DNA from: Clostridia bacterium
Lineage (GTDB): Bacteria > Bacillota > Clostridia > UMGS1883
Assembly: GCA_051866635.1 (NCBI GenBank)
Contig: JBJDXJ010000058.1
Location: 25,873-89,872 of the forward strand
Length of the DNA: 64,000 bases
Reading direction: 5' to 3'
Below, one piece after another: positions 49,973 through 59,725 of the stretch. The translations under genes and the position numbers were made by a program. The notes under the pieces are model-generated. The model searched no databases, had not been told where the DNA came from, and was given only the letters and a program-made list of their open reading frames with translations. Each line of letters starts with the position of its first letter. Position 1 is the stretch's first letter.

Positions 49973-50626
49973 TTATTCAACAATTCTGATTGATTCAATA
50001 ACGGGTGCTTCCAAAGGTGTCTGTCCGTCAAAATACACTGCTGTTTCAGCAATTGCATCAACCGTATCCATGCCGTCAATAACTCTGCCGAATGCGGCAT
50101 ACTGACCGTCAAGATGGGGTGCGTCTTCATGCATAATGAAGAACTGACTTCCCGCAGAGTCGTAAGACTGGCTTCTTGCCATACTGATTACGCCTCTTTC
50201 GTGCAAAATGTTGTTATGAACGCCATTTGCTTCAAATTCGCCTTTTATTGTGTGACCGGGACCGCCTGTACCGTTACCGTTGGGGTCGCCGCCCTGAATC
50301 ATAAAGCCTGAAATAATTCTGTGGAATGTAAGTCCGTCGTAAAAACCTTCCTCACAAAGCTCCTTAAAGTTTGCCACTGTAATAGGAGCAACATCGGGAT
50401 ACAATTCCAAAGTGATTGTTCCGCCCGATTCCATAGTAATAACTGCCTGCACTGTTTCTTCAATCCCTTCCGAAGGTAAAGTAACACAGCTACTTTCCTC
50501 AAGTAAAATTTCAACAGACCCTGTAGGTTCCGTATTTTGTGTACTGTCATTTTTACTGCAGCCTGACATTGCACCAAGGCACAGGACACCTGCGAGAAAA
50601 ACAGCCAAAAAACTATTCATTAACAT
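49973..50626 (-). CDS. Cyclophilin-type peptidylprolyl isomerase (lipoprotein)
   Basis: Lipobox 'MSGC'; 'FYDGLTFHRII.GFMIQGGDP' and 'SAGSQFFI'. Confidence 0.93.
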   Translation of the reverse strand: MLMNSFLAVFLAGVLCLGAMSGCSKNDSTQNTEPTGSVEILLEESSCVTLPSEGIEETVQAVITMESGGTITLELYPDVAPITVANFKELCEEGFYDGLTFHRIISGFMIQGGDPNGNGTGGPGHTIKGEFEANGVHNNILHERGVISMARSQSYDSAGSQFFIMHEDAPHLDGQYAAFGRVIDGMDTVDAIAETAVYFDGQTPLEAPVIESIRIVE

Positions 50627-50811
50627 TCACCTAAACTTTCATCATTATTATATCTGTATCCGCTGACTTTTTCAAGCATTTTTTAGTATTTTTTACGCAA
50701 ATTATGAAAATATACTAAAACGGCACCGCTTTAGTGGTGTTTTAGTACATTTCATACATGTAGCTTCCTTTGTTATCTCTGTCATTATAATGAAAGATAT
50801 AAGTTGAAAAA

Positions 50812-50865
50812 GGGCTAAAAAAAGTCAACACAGATATAACAAAAAGACCATTTCGGGACTGTCCC
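50812..50865. mobile_element. MITE/REP-like element, copy 5 (truncated, reverse)
   Basis: GGGCTAAAAAAAGTCAACACAGATATAACAAAAAGACCATTTCGGGAC matches the start of copy 3; lies at the edge of the accessory region. Confidence 0.75.
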
Positions 50866-51229
50866 AAATTACACCCAACTGTCCCTCTTAATAAAAATGG
50901 GTAAATTCGCTTGTTTTTGCTCATATGTATCCCATAGCAACATTGTTTATAATCAGCCTCTTTTTCACAGCATAGTCATAAGCGACTGCTGTAGCACTTT
51001 TAGGCCGGTATTCAAACAAATCTCTTTTACTCTTTCTTCGTTTTAGCGGAGCATAATTTTCATCATAGTATATAATACAAAATTTGCTGTTATTAACATT
51101 TCATAATATAAATCAATTATAGAACAATTTAGTCAAGTTAATACCCTTGTATTAAGGTTTTAACACCATTAATAATCAAGTGTATAAACCTTATAATAAA
51201 GGCAAATTATTGATTTATGAGGTGTCGCA

Positions 51230-51568
51230 ATGAAAAATAAAGATAAAAATAATATTGCTATAGGCGAAAGGATAAAAGAAATACGTTTGAAGAGAAGTTT
51301 AACGCAGGAAGCATTAGCAGAAAAAGTAAATTTAGGCAGTGCACAGCAAATTAGTGACATTGAGCGAGGATTATGTGGACTGTCTGTTGCTAAACTTATT
51401 GAGTTTTGTAAGGTGCTTGAAATAGATGCAGATTATTTGTTGTTTGGAACTGCCACCAGAGATATGAACAGCTCTTTGAACAAATACCTTTCTAAAATGA
51501 CCCCTGAACAATCACGATGCGTAGAAGAACTTGTTTCTGCTTATGCAAAATCTTGTGGCATTAAATAA
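51230..51568 (+). CDS. XRE-family HTH regulator
   Basis: 'LTQEALAEKV..SAQQISDIERG'. Confidence 0.9.
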   Translation: MKNKDKNNIAIGERIKEIRLKRSLTQEALAEKVNLGSAQQISDIERGLCGLSVAKLIEFCKVLEIDADYLLFGTATRDMNSSLNKYLSKMTPEQSRCVEELVSAYAKSCGIK

Positions 51569-51878
51569 ATTATTTATCATTACTCATAACGAAAGCCCAT
51601 TTTCATATGCTTATTAAAAAAGTATACAAAAAACTGCAACCTTATAGAATACTTTTTCAGCATTATATATATCACGATGACCTGCAAAACAACAAATTTT
51701 CTTCGACAAACAGATCACCTCTAAAAAGTATCATAAGTTAGCACCATATGCACATAATATGATTGCATTATAACATGTTTTAATATGAATTGCAACATAA
51801 TCGGGTGTATTTGACACATTATGTGTTGTCGATAAAATTCAGAGATGGGAATATAATGATGAACAGGGGTGAAGATGA

Positions 51879-52106
51879 GTGAAAAGCAAAAATTTTGATG
51901 TTTGGCTTGGTATAGGCTTGAATATCTTACATTATAGAAAAGAACAAGGTATGACACAAATGCAACTTGCTGAAAAAGCAAATATTAGCAGAAATCACAT
52001 ACAAAGGATAGAAACCGCCGCCAGTTCTTGTACTCTGGACACACTGATAGATATAGCGGATGCTTTGAACATTCCGCTTAAAAAGTTATTTGAATTTAAG
52101 GACTAA
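51879..52106 (+). CDS. XRE-family HTH regulator
   Basis: 'MTQMQLAEKANISRNHIQRIE'. Confidence 0.85.
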   Translation: MKSKNFDVWLGIGLNILHYRKEQGMTQMQLAEKANISRNHIQRIETAASSCTLDTLIDIADALNIPLKKLFEFKD

Positions 52107-52120
52107 AAAAGAGTGATATC

Positions 52121-52175
52121 TTAACATTGAAATGAAGATATCACTCTTTTTATTTCCATGCCTTAAGATGCCAAA
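52121..52175. repeat. Direct repeat A, copy 1
   Basis: TTAACATTGAAATGAAGATATCACTCTTTTTATTTCCATGCCTTAAGA(T/C)GCCAAAT recurs at 54057. Confidence 0.9.
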
Positions 52176-52194
52176 TGATAAAACAGGTGGGGTT

Positions 52195-52541
52195 AATCGC
52201 ATAACAAGTTCAGGTACCATTAATATATTCAGGACCTGTTTCAAATTGTATGTTAATACATGTAAAAAGTTTTCGGTTTTTACTGTTTCAGGTCCTCTTG
52301 GCATGGTCTGCCCATAGAGCGGACATATATATTCTTTTCTTTGTCGCATTTGAAATCCGATTTTTTAAAACCCACATTCCCTTGTTCAAAGGCATAAAGA
52401 TTTGATTTACGTTTAAACCTTATATGTAATTGCTCATTTTAACCCCTGCTTTCGATACAATTTCTATGTTTTAATTATATCAAAAAACCTGGTTTTATAA
52501 ATAAATTAATCCGAATTTATGGGAGTTTTTATACAGTCTGA
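52195..52541 (-). pseudogene. Internally deleted IS1182-family transposase remnant with left end
   Basis: End sequence CAGACTGTATAAAAACTC; N-terminal fragment MSNYI*GLNVNQ; fragments 'EYICP.GQ' and 'RGPETVKTE....LTYNLKQVLNI'. Confidence 0.65.
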
Positions 52542-52572
52542 TATCCACATCCGGCTTCATCATGTGATCACT

Positions 52573-52797
52573 TTACTTATTAAGTGCTTTATCTAAGCAT
52601 TCTTCACAATATGAATAGCTTTTTATGGCTTGATTGGGACAACTAGGATTATAGCATTTGTGTTCAGCACAGTATTTCCCTCCTATTAAAGCTTCTTTCG
52701 GGCAGCCTGTTACTGAACAATATTTAATTCCTGTTCCACACCCTGTAATGCTTAACACCAACGTAAAAAGTAAAGCCATTCTAATTATTTTTTTCAT
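52573..52797 (-). CDS. Small Cys-rich lipoprotein
   Basis: Lipobox 'ITGC'; C-x4-C..YC..H repeats; RBS GAAAGGG. Confidence 0.7.
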   Translation of the reverse strand: MKKIIRMALLFTLVLSITGCGTGIKYCSVTGCPKEALIGGKYCAEHKCYNPSCPNQAIKSYSYCEECLDKALNK

Positions 52798-52948
52798 AAT
52801 AACAACCCTTTCATTTTTATTATTTATTATATTATATCATTCATGCACACATTTGTCAATTGCAATATGCACATAATATAATATTGCAAATATGCTGTAT
52901 TAATAAAAACACTTTTTGCATATATAATATGGTTGAAGAGGTGATTAT

Positions 52949-53122
52949 ATGTTTAAAGTGCGACATACCGAAGAAACAATAAACAGAACATTCAGATTTC
53001 CGAAATCTTTGCTTGACAAGATGTCGGTTATCGCTCAAACGGAGAATATATCTTTAAATAGCTTTGTTATTCAATGCTGTGAATATGCAATTGATAATTT
53101 CCAGGAATCTAAGAATGAATAA
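52949..53122 (+). CDS. Small ribbon-helix-helix (Arc/HicB-like) protein, 57 aa, not in ORF track
   Basis: MFKVRHTEETINRTFRFPKSLLDKMSVIAQTENISLNSFVIQCCEYAIDNFQESKNE*; RBS GAGGTG. Confidence 0.75.
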   Translation: MFKVRHTEETINRTFRFPKSLLDKMSVIAQTENISLNSFVIQCCEYAIDNFQESKNE

Positions 53123-53254
53123 ATATTCACCCGTTTTTTGACACACTCTATGCAACAATTATTCTATTTTAAATAAAATAGAACCTATTAGGTTGAATTT
53201 ATTGACTTTTTCAACAAATTTGTATATAATGGTATTACAAAGGAGGTATGTAAT

Positions 53255-53557
53255 ATGGCACAAGCAACATTCAGTATAAGAATGGATGAAAGCTTAAAAA
53301 AACAATTTGATGCTTTATGTGCTGATTTTGGCATGAATGCAACAACAGCGTTCAATGTTTTTGCAAAAGCGGTTGTACGGGAAAGAAGAATTCCTTTTGA
53401 GATTACATCTCCGGCAGAGAGTGTGAGCTTATCAGACGGAAGAAAAGCATTTCTTGAATTAAGACAACAGGCAAAGGACAACGGTGTTCAAGATTTAACG
53501 CTTGATGAAATTAATGCCGAAATTAAGAGTGCACGGTATGGAGAGGAAAATGTATGA
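53255..53557 (+). CDS. RelB/DinJ-family antitoxin
   Basis: 'MAQATFSIRMDESLKKQFDALCADFGMNATTAFNVFAKAVVRERRIPFEI'. Confidence 0.92.
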   Translation: MAQATFSIRMDESLKKQFDALCADFGMNATTAFNVFAKAVVRERRIPFEITSPAESVSLSDGRKAFLELRQQAKDNGVQDLTLDEINAEIKSARYGEENV

Positions 53558-53967
53558 AATGCTATGCGGTAATTGACACAAATGTTTTGGTTTCTGCATT
53601 GCTTTCAAGTCATAATGATGCTGCAACTGTTCAAGTAGTAGATAAAATGTTTTCCCAAGAGATAATTCCATTATACAGTACGGAAATTATAGATGAATAT
53701 GATAATGTTCTTCACCGAAAAAAGTTTAAGTTTTCAGAAGAAACAATACAAATTCTTTTATCGGTTATAGAACAGTTCGGGGTTTTAGTTGAGCCTACTG
53801 CATCGGGTGAAATTTTGCCGGATATGAAAGACCTGCCATTTTATGAGGTTGTTCTCGAAAAGCAAACTGAGGATGCATACCTTATTACCGGCAATATTAA
53901 GCATTTTCCCAAAAAACCATTTGTCGTTACACCAAATCAACTTTTAGAAATTCTTAACAATAACTGA
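53554..53967 (+). CDS. PIN-domain toxin
   Basis: 'VIDTNVLVSALL', 'D.KD.PF' and 'LITGNIKHFP'; ATGA overlap with the antitoxin gene. Confidence 0.92.
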   Translation: MKCYAVIDTNVLVSALLSSHNDAATVQVVDKMFSQEIIPLYSTEIIDEYDNVLHRKKFKFSEETIQILLSVIEQFGVLVEPTASGEILPDMKDLPFYEVVLEKQTEDAYLITGNIKHFPKKPFVVTPNQLLEILNNN

Positions 53968-54008
53968 ATATCATTTCGGGAGGGAAACTTTTGTGTTTTC
54001 TCTCCCGA

Positions 54009-54112
54009 TTTTTATTACATAACAAGTAATGGCACTCAAAAAGGGCAGTGGAGTTTTTAACATTGAAATGAAGATATCACTCTTTTTATTTCCATGCCTT
54101 AAGACGCCAAAT
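54009..54112. repeat. Hybrid junction: repeat B (54009-54055) fused to repeat A (54057-54112)
   Basis: B (TTTTATTACATAACAA..GGCACTCAAAAAGGGCAGTGGAGTT) recurs at about 60206; A recurs at 52121. Confidence 0.88.
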
Positions 54113-54197
54113 AACAAGCCGTTTGGGGACATATCACTTTCTGTGCAAGAACCTTAAAATTAAACATTTTGTGCCATGTCCACAAACTGAATCCCGG

Positions 54198-55229
54198 TCA
54201 CATCTTAATAATTACACTTCCGGAATGTTGAGGGTCTGCTGCTGCACGAATAGTCTCTTCCAACTGTTCCAAAGGAAACTCATGCGTAATAATGCTCTCC
54301 AAGTTCCAATTACCGCTCGCCATTATTTTCTGCACATCATATACATCCTCAGGCATATATCCGCCTGAACCGATAATGCTCTGCTGTGCATAAGTAAGAC
54401 CAAGTAGGTCAATATTACGGGGGACATTATTTACAGCCACTGAAACAAATCTGCTGTCAATTTTCCCGTTGGAGAGGAAGTCATCTAATATTGTTTCTTT
54501 GCCTGCGGCGTCAAGCCAACAATCAATGTCAGCGACTTCGCTCTTTATTGATCTTGCCATTCCGAAATACTCTTTGGCTTTTTCCTGAAAAACCTCCGTA
54601 GAAATATTACAGGTTTCAAAGCCAAGTTCCCGAACCAGTTCTAATCTGAAATCCGACAAATCACAAACCATAACCTTTTTCATTCCAAAATATTTGAAAG
54701 CAACTGCCGCTGCTATACCGATGGTACCTCCGCCGAACACAACCGCATTTTGCCCTGTAATGTACTTATGAACACCGCAAGGTATCATTCCTCGTCTTGC
54801 GGCACGACAGCCTACAGTAAATGGTTCAATTAAGCTTGCAAGTCTGTCGGAAATTTGGTCGTCTACTACATAAAGCGAATGATTACGCTTTGCATTCGGT
54901 ATCAAAATGTATTCGGAAAATCCACCAATTGTGCCGGCTCTCTTTGTATCTCCCTTTGCATACAGAGGATATGGATAAACACGCTCTCCCACCGAAAAAT
55001 CAGTCACATGCTTTCCTGTCTTCACAACACGGGAAACTGTTTCATGGCCGAACTCACCGCCGACATTTACTTTATGCCCCGTATTCGGGCCGTAAGTAAA
55101 AACGGCAACATCTGTTCCGCAAATCCCCGAATAAATATTTTTTATCAAAACATCGTTGTCGCCCACTTCGGGGACCGGTATTTCTTTTATCTCAATTTTT
55201 TCTTTTCCAATGTAAATTCCTGATTTCAT
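54198..55229 (-). CDS. Zinc-binding MDR alcohol dehydrogenase
   Basis: 'GICGTD', 'GHE' and 'GGGTIG'. Start moved to 'MKSG'. Confidence 0.88.
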   Translation of the reverse strand: MKSGIYIGKEKIEIKEIPVPEVGDNDVLIKNIYSGICGTDVAVFTYGPNTGHKVNVGGEFGHETVSRVVKTGKHVTDFSVGERVYPYPLYAKGDTKRAGTIGGFSEYILIPNAKRNHSLYVVDDQISDRLASLIEPFTVGCRAARRGMIPCGVHKYITGQNAVVFGGGTIGIAAAVAFKYFGMKKVMVCDLSDFRLELVRELGFETCNISTEVFQEKAKEYFGMARSIKSEVADIDCWLDAAGKETILDDFLSNGKIDSRFVSVAVNNVPRNIDLLGLTYAQQSIIGSGGYMPEDVYDVQKIMASGNWNLESIITHEFPLEQLEETIRAAADPQHSGSVIIKM

Positions 55230-55825
55230 TTTTTCTCCTTTTTCTGATTCCACATTACGCACTGACTGATAACAGAAATGATATGTTCTATCGAATCGGT
55301 GCAATCATGTTTTATCCATTCAGTTACAACAGCAATGAGTCCGTGGATATAGAACGCCATAATATACTCTCTGTCCCGTTGCGGAACCTGAAACCTCTCT
55401 AATATGGGAGTAAAAACAGCATCAAACATTCTGTTATAGGTTTCATTCAGTCGCAAAGTCCCTGCATTTTCCATAGCAATCTTAAAAAGTCTCTTATTAT
55501 CTTTAAGATAATTAAGATAGGGGTTCAGGTATTGGGGTGTTATCAAATACAACTCATCAATCGGACAGTCTTTCAGTCTCTTTACGATTTCCTGTGAATC
55601 AGGCTTCATATAGTTTAAGAACTGACCGTTCACATAATCAATGCTTTCAGAAAGCAGGTCGTCAACCGTTTCATAATGCAGATAGAAAGTTGAACGGTTT
55701 ACACCTGCTTTATCGCAAATCTCTTTGACGGTTATATAGGCAAAATCCTTTTTCGACAGCAAATCCAAAAAAGCCTCATCCATTTTTGAAGCCGTGTTAA
55801 AATATTTACTTTCTGACTTATTCAC
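55226..55825 (-). CDS. TetR/AcrR family regulator
   Basis: 'ITVKEICDKAGVNRSTFYLHY'. Confidence 0.92.
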   Translation of the reverse strand: MNKSESKYFNTASKMDEAFLDLLSKKDFAYITVKEICDKAGVNRSTFYLHYETVDDLLSESIDYVNGQFLNYMKPDSQEIVKRLKDCPIDELYLITPQYLNPYLNYLKDNKRLFKIAMENAGTLRLNETYNRMFDAVFTPILERFQVPQRDREYIMAFYIHGLIAVVTEWIKHDCTDSIEHIISVISQCVMWNQKKEKK

Positions 55826-56720
55826 CTTTAATCACCATCCTTCTCTTTATTGAAGAGTTAATTATCATACATACTGCAATTACCGCAACTGCCCCGTACA
55901 CGAAACCACCTGTTACAGTGTTCATCAGCTTTCTATATTCGTCTCCGTTCGTGGAAAATGCAGAAATCATTGCTGTCTGCAAACCGAGAACAGACATCAT
56001 CGCAGACACAAGGTTCAGTACCTTTGCAGCCGACAATATCGGGCTGCCGAGCTTTTTGTATTTCACAAGATTACGAATGGACATACCCATTGTATAAAAG
56101 GTATAGAGTGCCGACAAATATATGACATATCCAGGATAGGAAAAGCCTGAGTTTGTTATAATCATCAACCATATCATTCCGCCCATTGGGATATTCAATA
56201 AAAACAAAAGCCATGCAATTTTTCGATAGCATCTGTATTCATATAAACTGTCCTTTTCATCTTTGTGTTTGAAAACAATGATAAGATAAGCTCTCATACC
56301 GCCAAGCAAAAAATGATAAACAGCCATTGAAATAAACCAAGCAGATGAATACATAATACCCGTCACGGTTCGAAACAGAGCATACAGAAAGTTTACTGTC
56401 ATTCCCTGGCAGATACTGAAACCGCCTCTGAAAGACATATCAGTCAAATATCGCTTAAAGGCAGTATATGACGACACTGTTTTAACCGTCTTGCTTTCAA
56501 AAACACAGTTCTTGATTTTCTTATATTGCTGCGGCAATGCGGCAATTAAAATAATAAGAGAGTAAGCTGACATACAATAAACCGGATATGCCAGCTCGCT
56601 CTCTTGTTTTTCTGATGCAAAGATGAAAATGAGCGTGGCAAACACTACCGGAGTGAGCAGACACAATATGCCTTTCGGTGGGTATAACAGTTTTTTCAAA
56701 ATCAACTTTGCCTGTTTCAT
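55818..56720 (-). CDS. Hypothetical multi-TM membrane protein
   Basis: About 8 hydrophobic segments; coupled to neighbouring genes. Confidence 0.8.
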   Translation of the reverse strand: MKQAKLILKKLLYPPKGILCLLTPVVFATLIFIFASEKQESELAYPVYCMSAYSLIILIAALPQQYKKIKNCVFESKTVKTVSSYTAFKRYLTDMSFRGGFSICQGMTVNFLYALFRTVTGIMYSSAWFISMAVYHFLLGGMRAYLIIVFKHKDEKDSLYEYRCYRKIAWLLFLLNIPMGGMIWLMIITNSGFSYPGYVIYLSALYTFYTMGMSIRNLVKYKKLGSPILSAAKVLNLVSAMMSVLGLQTAMISAFSTNGDEYRKLMNTVTGGFVYGAVAVIAVCMIINSSIKRRMVIKGE

Positions 56721-56722
56721 AA

Positions 56723-57076
56723 TTATTTCTCGCTGATTTCTTTTGCAAGCTGCATAATTTCAAAAGCGTACTTTTGTTTACCCTTTGCCAATAACTTTTT
56801 ATAAAGCGGGTAGTTAATGCCCATACAGAACAAGCCGATAATTCCGATAATAATACCGAGAACAAACATAGCGGTTGTTCCGTTTCCGATAACTTTCATT
56901 GAAAGGCACATTCCAATACCGGCTATAAGCGAAGTTACGATACCAAAGGTATATGTAAAAATGGTTGCCGGAAGTTTTGCTCTTGCGTCCAGTTTTCTAA
57001 GAGCAATAACCTTTGAGGTATCTTTTGGTGCGTATTCGTTTGCAAGCTGTTCTGCATAAATTTTGTCTGTGTTCAT
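56723..57076 (-). CDS. Conserved two-TM protein (often auto-annotated 'dihydropteridine reductase')
   Basis: 'MNTDKIYAEQLANEYAPKDTSKVIALRKLD' family; RBS AAGGAGG. Confidence 0.75.
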   Translation of the reverse strand: MNTDKIYAEQLANEYAPKDTSKVIALRKLDARAKLPATIFTYTFGIVTSLIAGIGMCLSMKVIGNGTTAMFVLGIIIGIIGLFCMGINYPLYKKLLAKGKQKYAFEIMQLAKEISEK

Positions 57077-57134
57077 AGCAAATATCCTCCTTCATTTGAT
57101 GTCTTTATTATATTGGAGGAAAAAGCTGAACTGA

Positions 57135-57160
57135 ACAACACGAAAAGCAATTTGTGTTGT
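57135..57160. promoter_or_regulatory. Inverted repeat, candidate TetR operator
   Basis: AACAACAC...GTGTTGTT upstream of the 57076-54198 operon. Confidence 0.5.
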
Positions 57161-57382
57161 TTTATACTTAGAATGTGGAGCCCTTTGGGACGTCAGCTAA
57201 TACAATATTAACATGATTTCCCATAAACCAATATCCATATATTTTGTTGGTTTACTCCCCGAAAAAGAATATGGTATTTCCTATCACATACAACTTAAGT
57301 ATACCAAATTAATTAATCTTTTCCAATAAAAAGATACAAAAAATGTCCATCTCCAGACGGCATATTAATACAGCCCAAATAT

Positions 57383-58549
57383 TTACATACTCTTTTTCAA
57401 AATGTCAGTTATCTCATCTTTTGTAAGCACTTTATAGCCGCCGTCCATAATAAATGTAGCTTCGGCGATACCTTCAATCATATCATCGGTAACACCCAAA
57501 TCCTTAATATTCATAACAAGACCAAGCTCACGCATCCATTTTTCCATGCAACAAAGCCCTTCTTCGGCAATTTGTTTATCGGTTTTGTCTGTTTTATCCA
57601 CGCCCCACACGTTTATTGCAAACCGCACAAATTTTTCAAGTCCGTATGGGCAAATGTGGCGGTAATACGCCATAGAAACAGCAGAAAGAGTCATTCCATG
57701 GGTTGCATCGGTGTAAGCACCAACAGCCTGCCCTATCATATGCACCATCCAGTCTGTTGATTTACCCTTTGCAATCAGCGTATTAAGTGCCCAAGTTGCC
57801 GTCCACATAATATTACTGCGTGCTTCATAATCAGTGGGGTTACAAATTGCTATTCGACTTGCATTAACAAGGGATTTCATCAAGCCTTCCGAAATATAGT
57901 CGGAGGTGTTGTCATCAATACCTGAAAAATACTGCTCGGTAATATGATTAAAAATGTCGTAAATACCTGCCACCATTTGATATTTAGGCAATGTGTATGT
58001 AAAAGTGGGATTCAAAATTGCAAATTTTGGAAAAACATTGTCTCCAAACACGTGACCGATTTTCAGCTTCTGCTCATGGTTTGTAATAACGGCACCGCCG
58101 TTCATCTCCGAGCCTGTTCCCACCATTGTCAGCACACAGCCTACGGGGATTATGTCATTGTCCACGTCCTCCATACGCAAATAGTATTTTTCCCAAGGGT
58201 CTTCATTGCAATATGCAGAAACGGAAACAGCCTTTGCATAGTCGCAGACAGAGCCGCCGCCAACTGCAAGAATGAGCGAAATACCGTTTTCTTTTGCGAT
58301 TTTGCAACCCTCGTAAAGCTTTTCTACCGTTGGATTGGGCATTACTCCCCCATCCTCAAAAACTGTTTTTCCCTTTGCTTTTAAAACATGAACAACTTTA
58401 TCGTAAATTCCGTTCTTCTTAATAGAACCACCGCCGTAGCAAAGCATAATGTTATCGCCGTATTTTTCAAGCTCACCACTAAGATAATCAAGTGCGTTCT
58501 CTCCGAAATAAAGCTTTGTAGGGTTACTGTAACTGAAATTTCCTAACAT
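57383..58549 (-). CDS. Iron-containing alcohol (butanol) dehydrogenase
   Basis: 'GGGSIKKNG', 'AVGGGSVCD', 'GTGSE' and H...HG metal ligands. Confidence 0.92.
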   Translation of the reverse strand: MLGNFSYSNPTKLYFGENALDYLSGELEKYGDNIMLCYGGGSIKKNGIYDKVVHVLKAKGKTVFEDGGVMPNPTVEKLYEGCKIAKENGISLILAVGGGSVCDYAKAVSVSAYCNEDPWEKYYLRMEDVDNDIIPVGCVLTMVGTGSEMNGGAVITNHEQKLKIGHVFGDNVFPKFAILNPTFTYTLPKYQMVAGIYDIFNHITEQYFSGIDDNTSDYISEGLMKSLVNASRIAICNPTDYEARSNIMWTATWALNTLIAKGKSTDWMVHMIGQAVGAYTDATHGMTLSAVSMAYYRHICPYGLEKFVRFAINVWGVDKTDKTDKQIAEEGLCCMEKWMRELGLVMNIKDLGVTDDMIEGIAEATFIMDGGYKVLTKDEITDILKKSM

Positions 58550-58568
58550 AAATACTCCTCCTATAAAT

Positions 58569-59066
58569 CTATCTGATTTTAAATGTGACTTCTACTCTGC
58601 CGCTTCCAAGTGCCTCTGCCAAATTTTCAGGATTATCCACCCGACCGAGAGGCGTATAGCTGTATGACGTGGAAAAGCTTTCATAAAACAATACCACACA
58701 GCTATCACCGTAAAGCATTAAATCCCCGTTGTTGATTTTTCCGATTTTTTGCGGATTTACAGGCAAACTGCTACTTAAGTAATAGTATTTTTCGTTGCCG
58801 TTCATTTCACTCATATTAAGTGTAAGCGGTAATTTCTCAGCAAACGCCTGTGCCGCATCGTTATTGTAAAGAGATGCGGAAAAAATTTTTCCGTTTACTG
58901 TAATCTCAATATTTATCATATTATTTTCTCCCTCGCTTGCCGCTTCGGCATACTGAATATTAGGCGGACTGCTTTGGTTGATATTATCTTCAATTTTTTG
59001 TGGTACATAGCTCAATAACGCTGCCGTCAAAGCCGTAAAACAGACTATGGCACAGAGGGTTTTCAT
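58569..59066 (-). CDS. Cyclophilin-like fold protein
   Basis: 'LPLTLNMSEMNGNEKYYYL..GDLMLYG..CVVLFYESF'. Confidence 0.85.
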   Translation of the reverse strand: MKTLCAIVCFTALTAALLSYVPQKIEDNINQSSPPNIQYAEAASEGENNMINIEITVNGKIFSASLYNNDAAQAFAEKLPLTLNMSEMNGNEKYYYLSSSLPVNPQKIGKINNGDLMLYGDSCVVLFYESFSTSYSYTPLGRVDNPENLAEALGSGRVEVTFKIR

Positions 59067-59070
59067 TATC

Positions 59071-59610
59071 TTATACCCTCTTTCCCATTTCGTAGGCTTT
59101 TTTCAATGCATAATGCTCTTTGATTTCTCCCGGTCCGTTTACTCCGCCTGCAAAGACAGTTCCTGCAAGACGTGCTTTCGGAAAGCATTCAATCCAGCCC
59201 TCCAGTCCCGTTATTGCACGGGCGTCAGTTTCCTTTTCATCTTCTGCCGCGGCGGAAAGCAAATAAACATCACGAAAAGCATAGTCTTTGGGAAAAAGCG
59301 GATTTGCACGATCTAGCATGGTTTTCATTTGTCCTGACATTTCATAATAGTAAATGGGTGTGGCAAAAACCAACACATCGGCTGTCAGCATTTTTTCGGC
59401 AATAACATTGGCATCATCGTCAATTACACATTTTCCTGTTTTCTGACAGCTAAGGCATCCCTTACAAAAAGCTATGGTTTTGTCAGAAAGATTTATTTTT
59501 TCGGCAATATTCCCGTTTTCTTTTGCACCTTGCAAAAAAGCATCAGCCAATCCGTCCGAATTGCTGTTTTTTCTTAAGCTTGTGCTTATCACCAACACAT
59601 TCCTTTTCAT
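59071..59610 (-). CDS. Flavodoxin-family (iron-sulfur flavoprotein-like) protein
   Basis: 'SLRKNSNS', CKGCLSC..C and 'ATPIYYYEMSGQMKT'. Start moved to 'MKRNVL'. Confidence 0.9.
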   Translation of the reverse strand: MKRNVLVISTSLRKNSNSDGLADAFLQGAKENGNIAEKINLSDKTIAFCKGCLSCQKTGKCVIDDDANVIAEKMLTADVLVFATPIYYYEMSGQMKTMLDRANPLFPKDYAFRDVYLLSAAAEDEKETDARAITGLEGWIECFPKARLAGTVFAGGVNGPGEIKEHYALKKAYEMGKRV

Positions 59611-59653
59611 ACTTATACCTCCATTGACTTTTAGATTTTGACTTGATATAATT

Positions 59654-59685
59654 ATAATAGTACATAAACCTAACTTTAGGTCAAG
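59654..59685 (-). promoter_or_regulatory. MerR-type promoter with a 19-bp spacer and dyad operator
   Basis: Minus strand TTGACC-19 bp-TATTAT containing the dyad ACCTAAAGTTAGGT; divergent MerR gene adjacent. Confidence 0.7.
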
Positions 59686-59725
59686 CATTATTTTATAAAA
59701 ATTTTTATTTTTGGAGGATTTTAAT

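Noticed and set aside
50925-51050. Minus-strand fragment 'RDLFEYRPKSATAVAY' resembling a ParA C-terminus
   Set aside because: Too short to support; could be a relic or chance.
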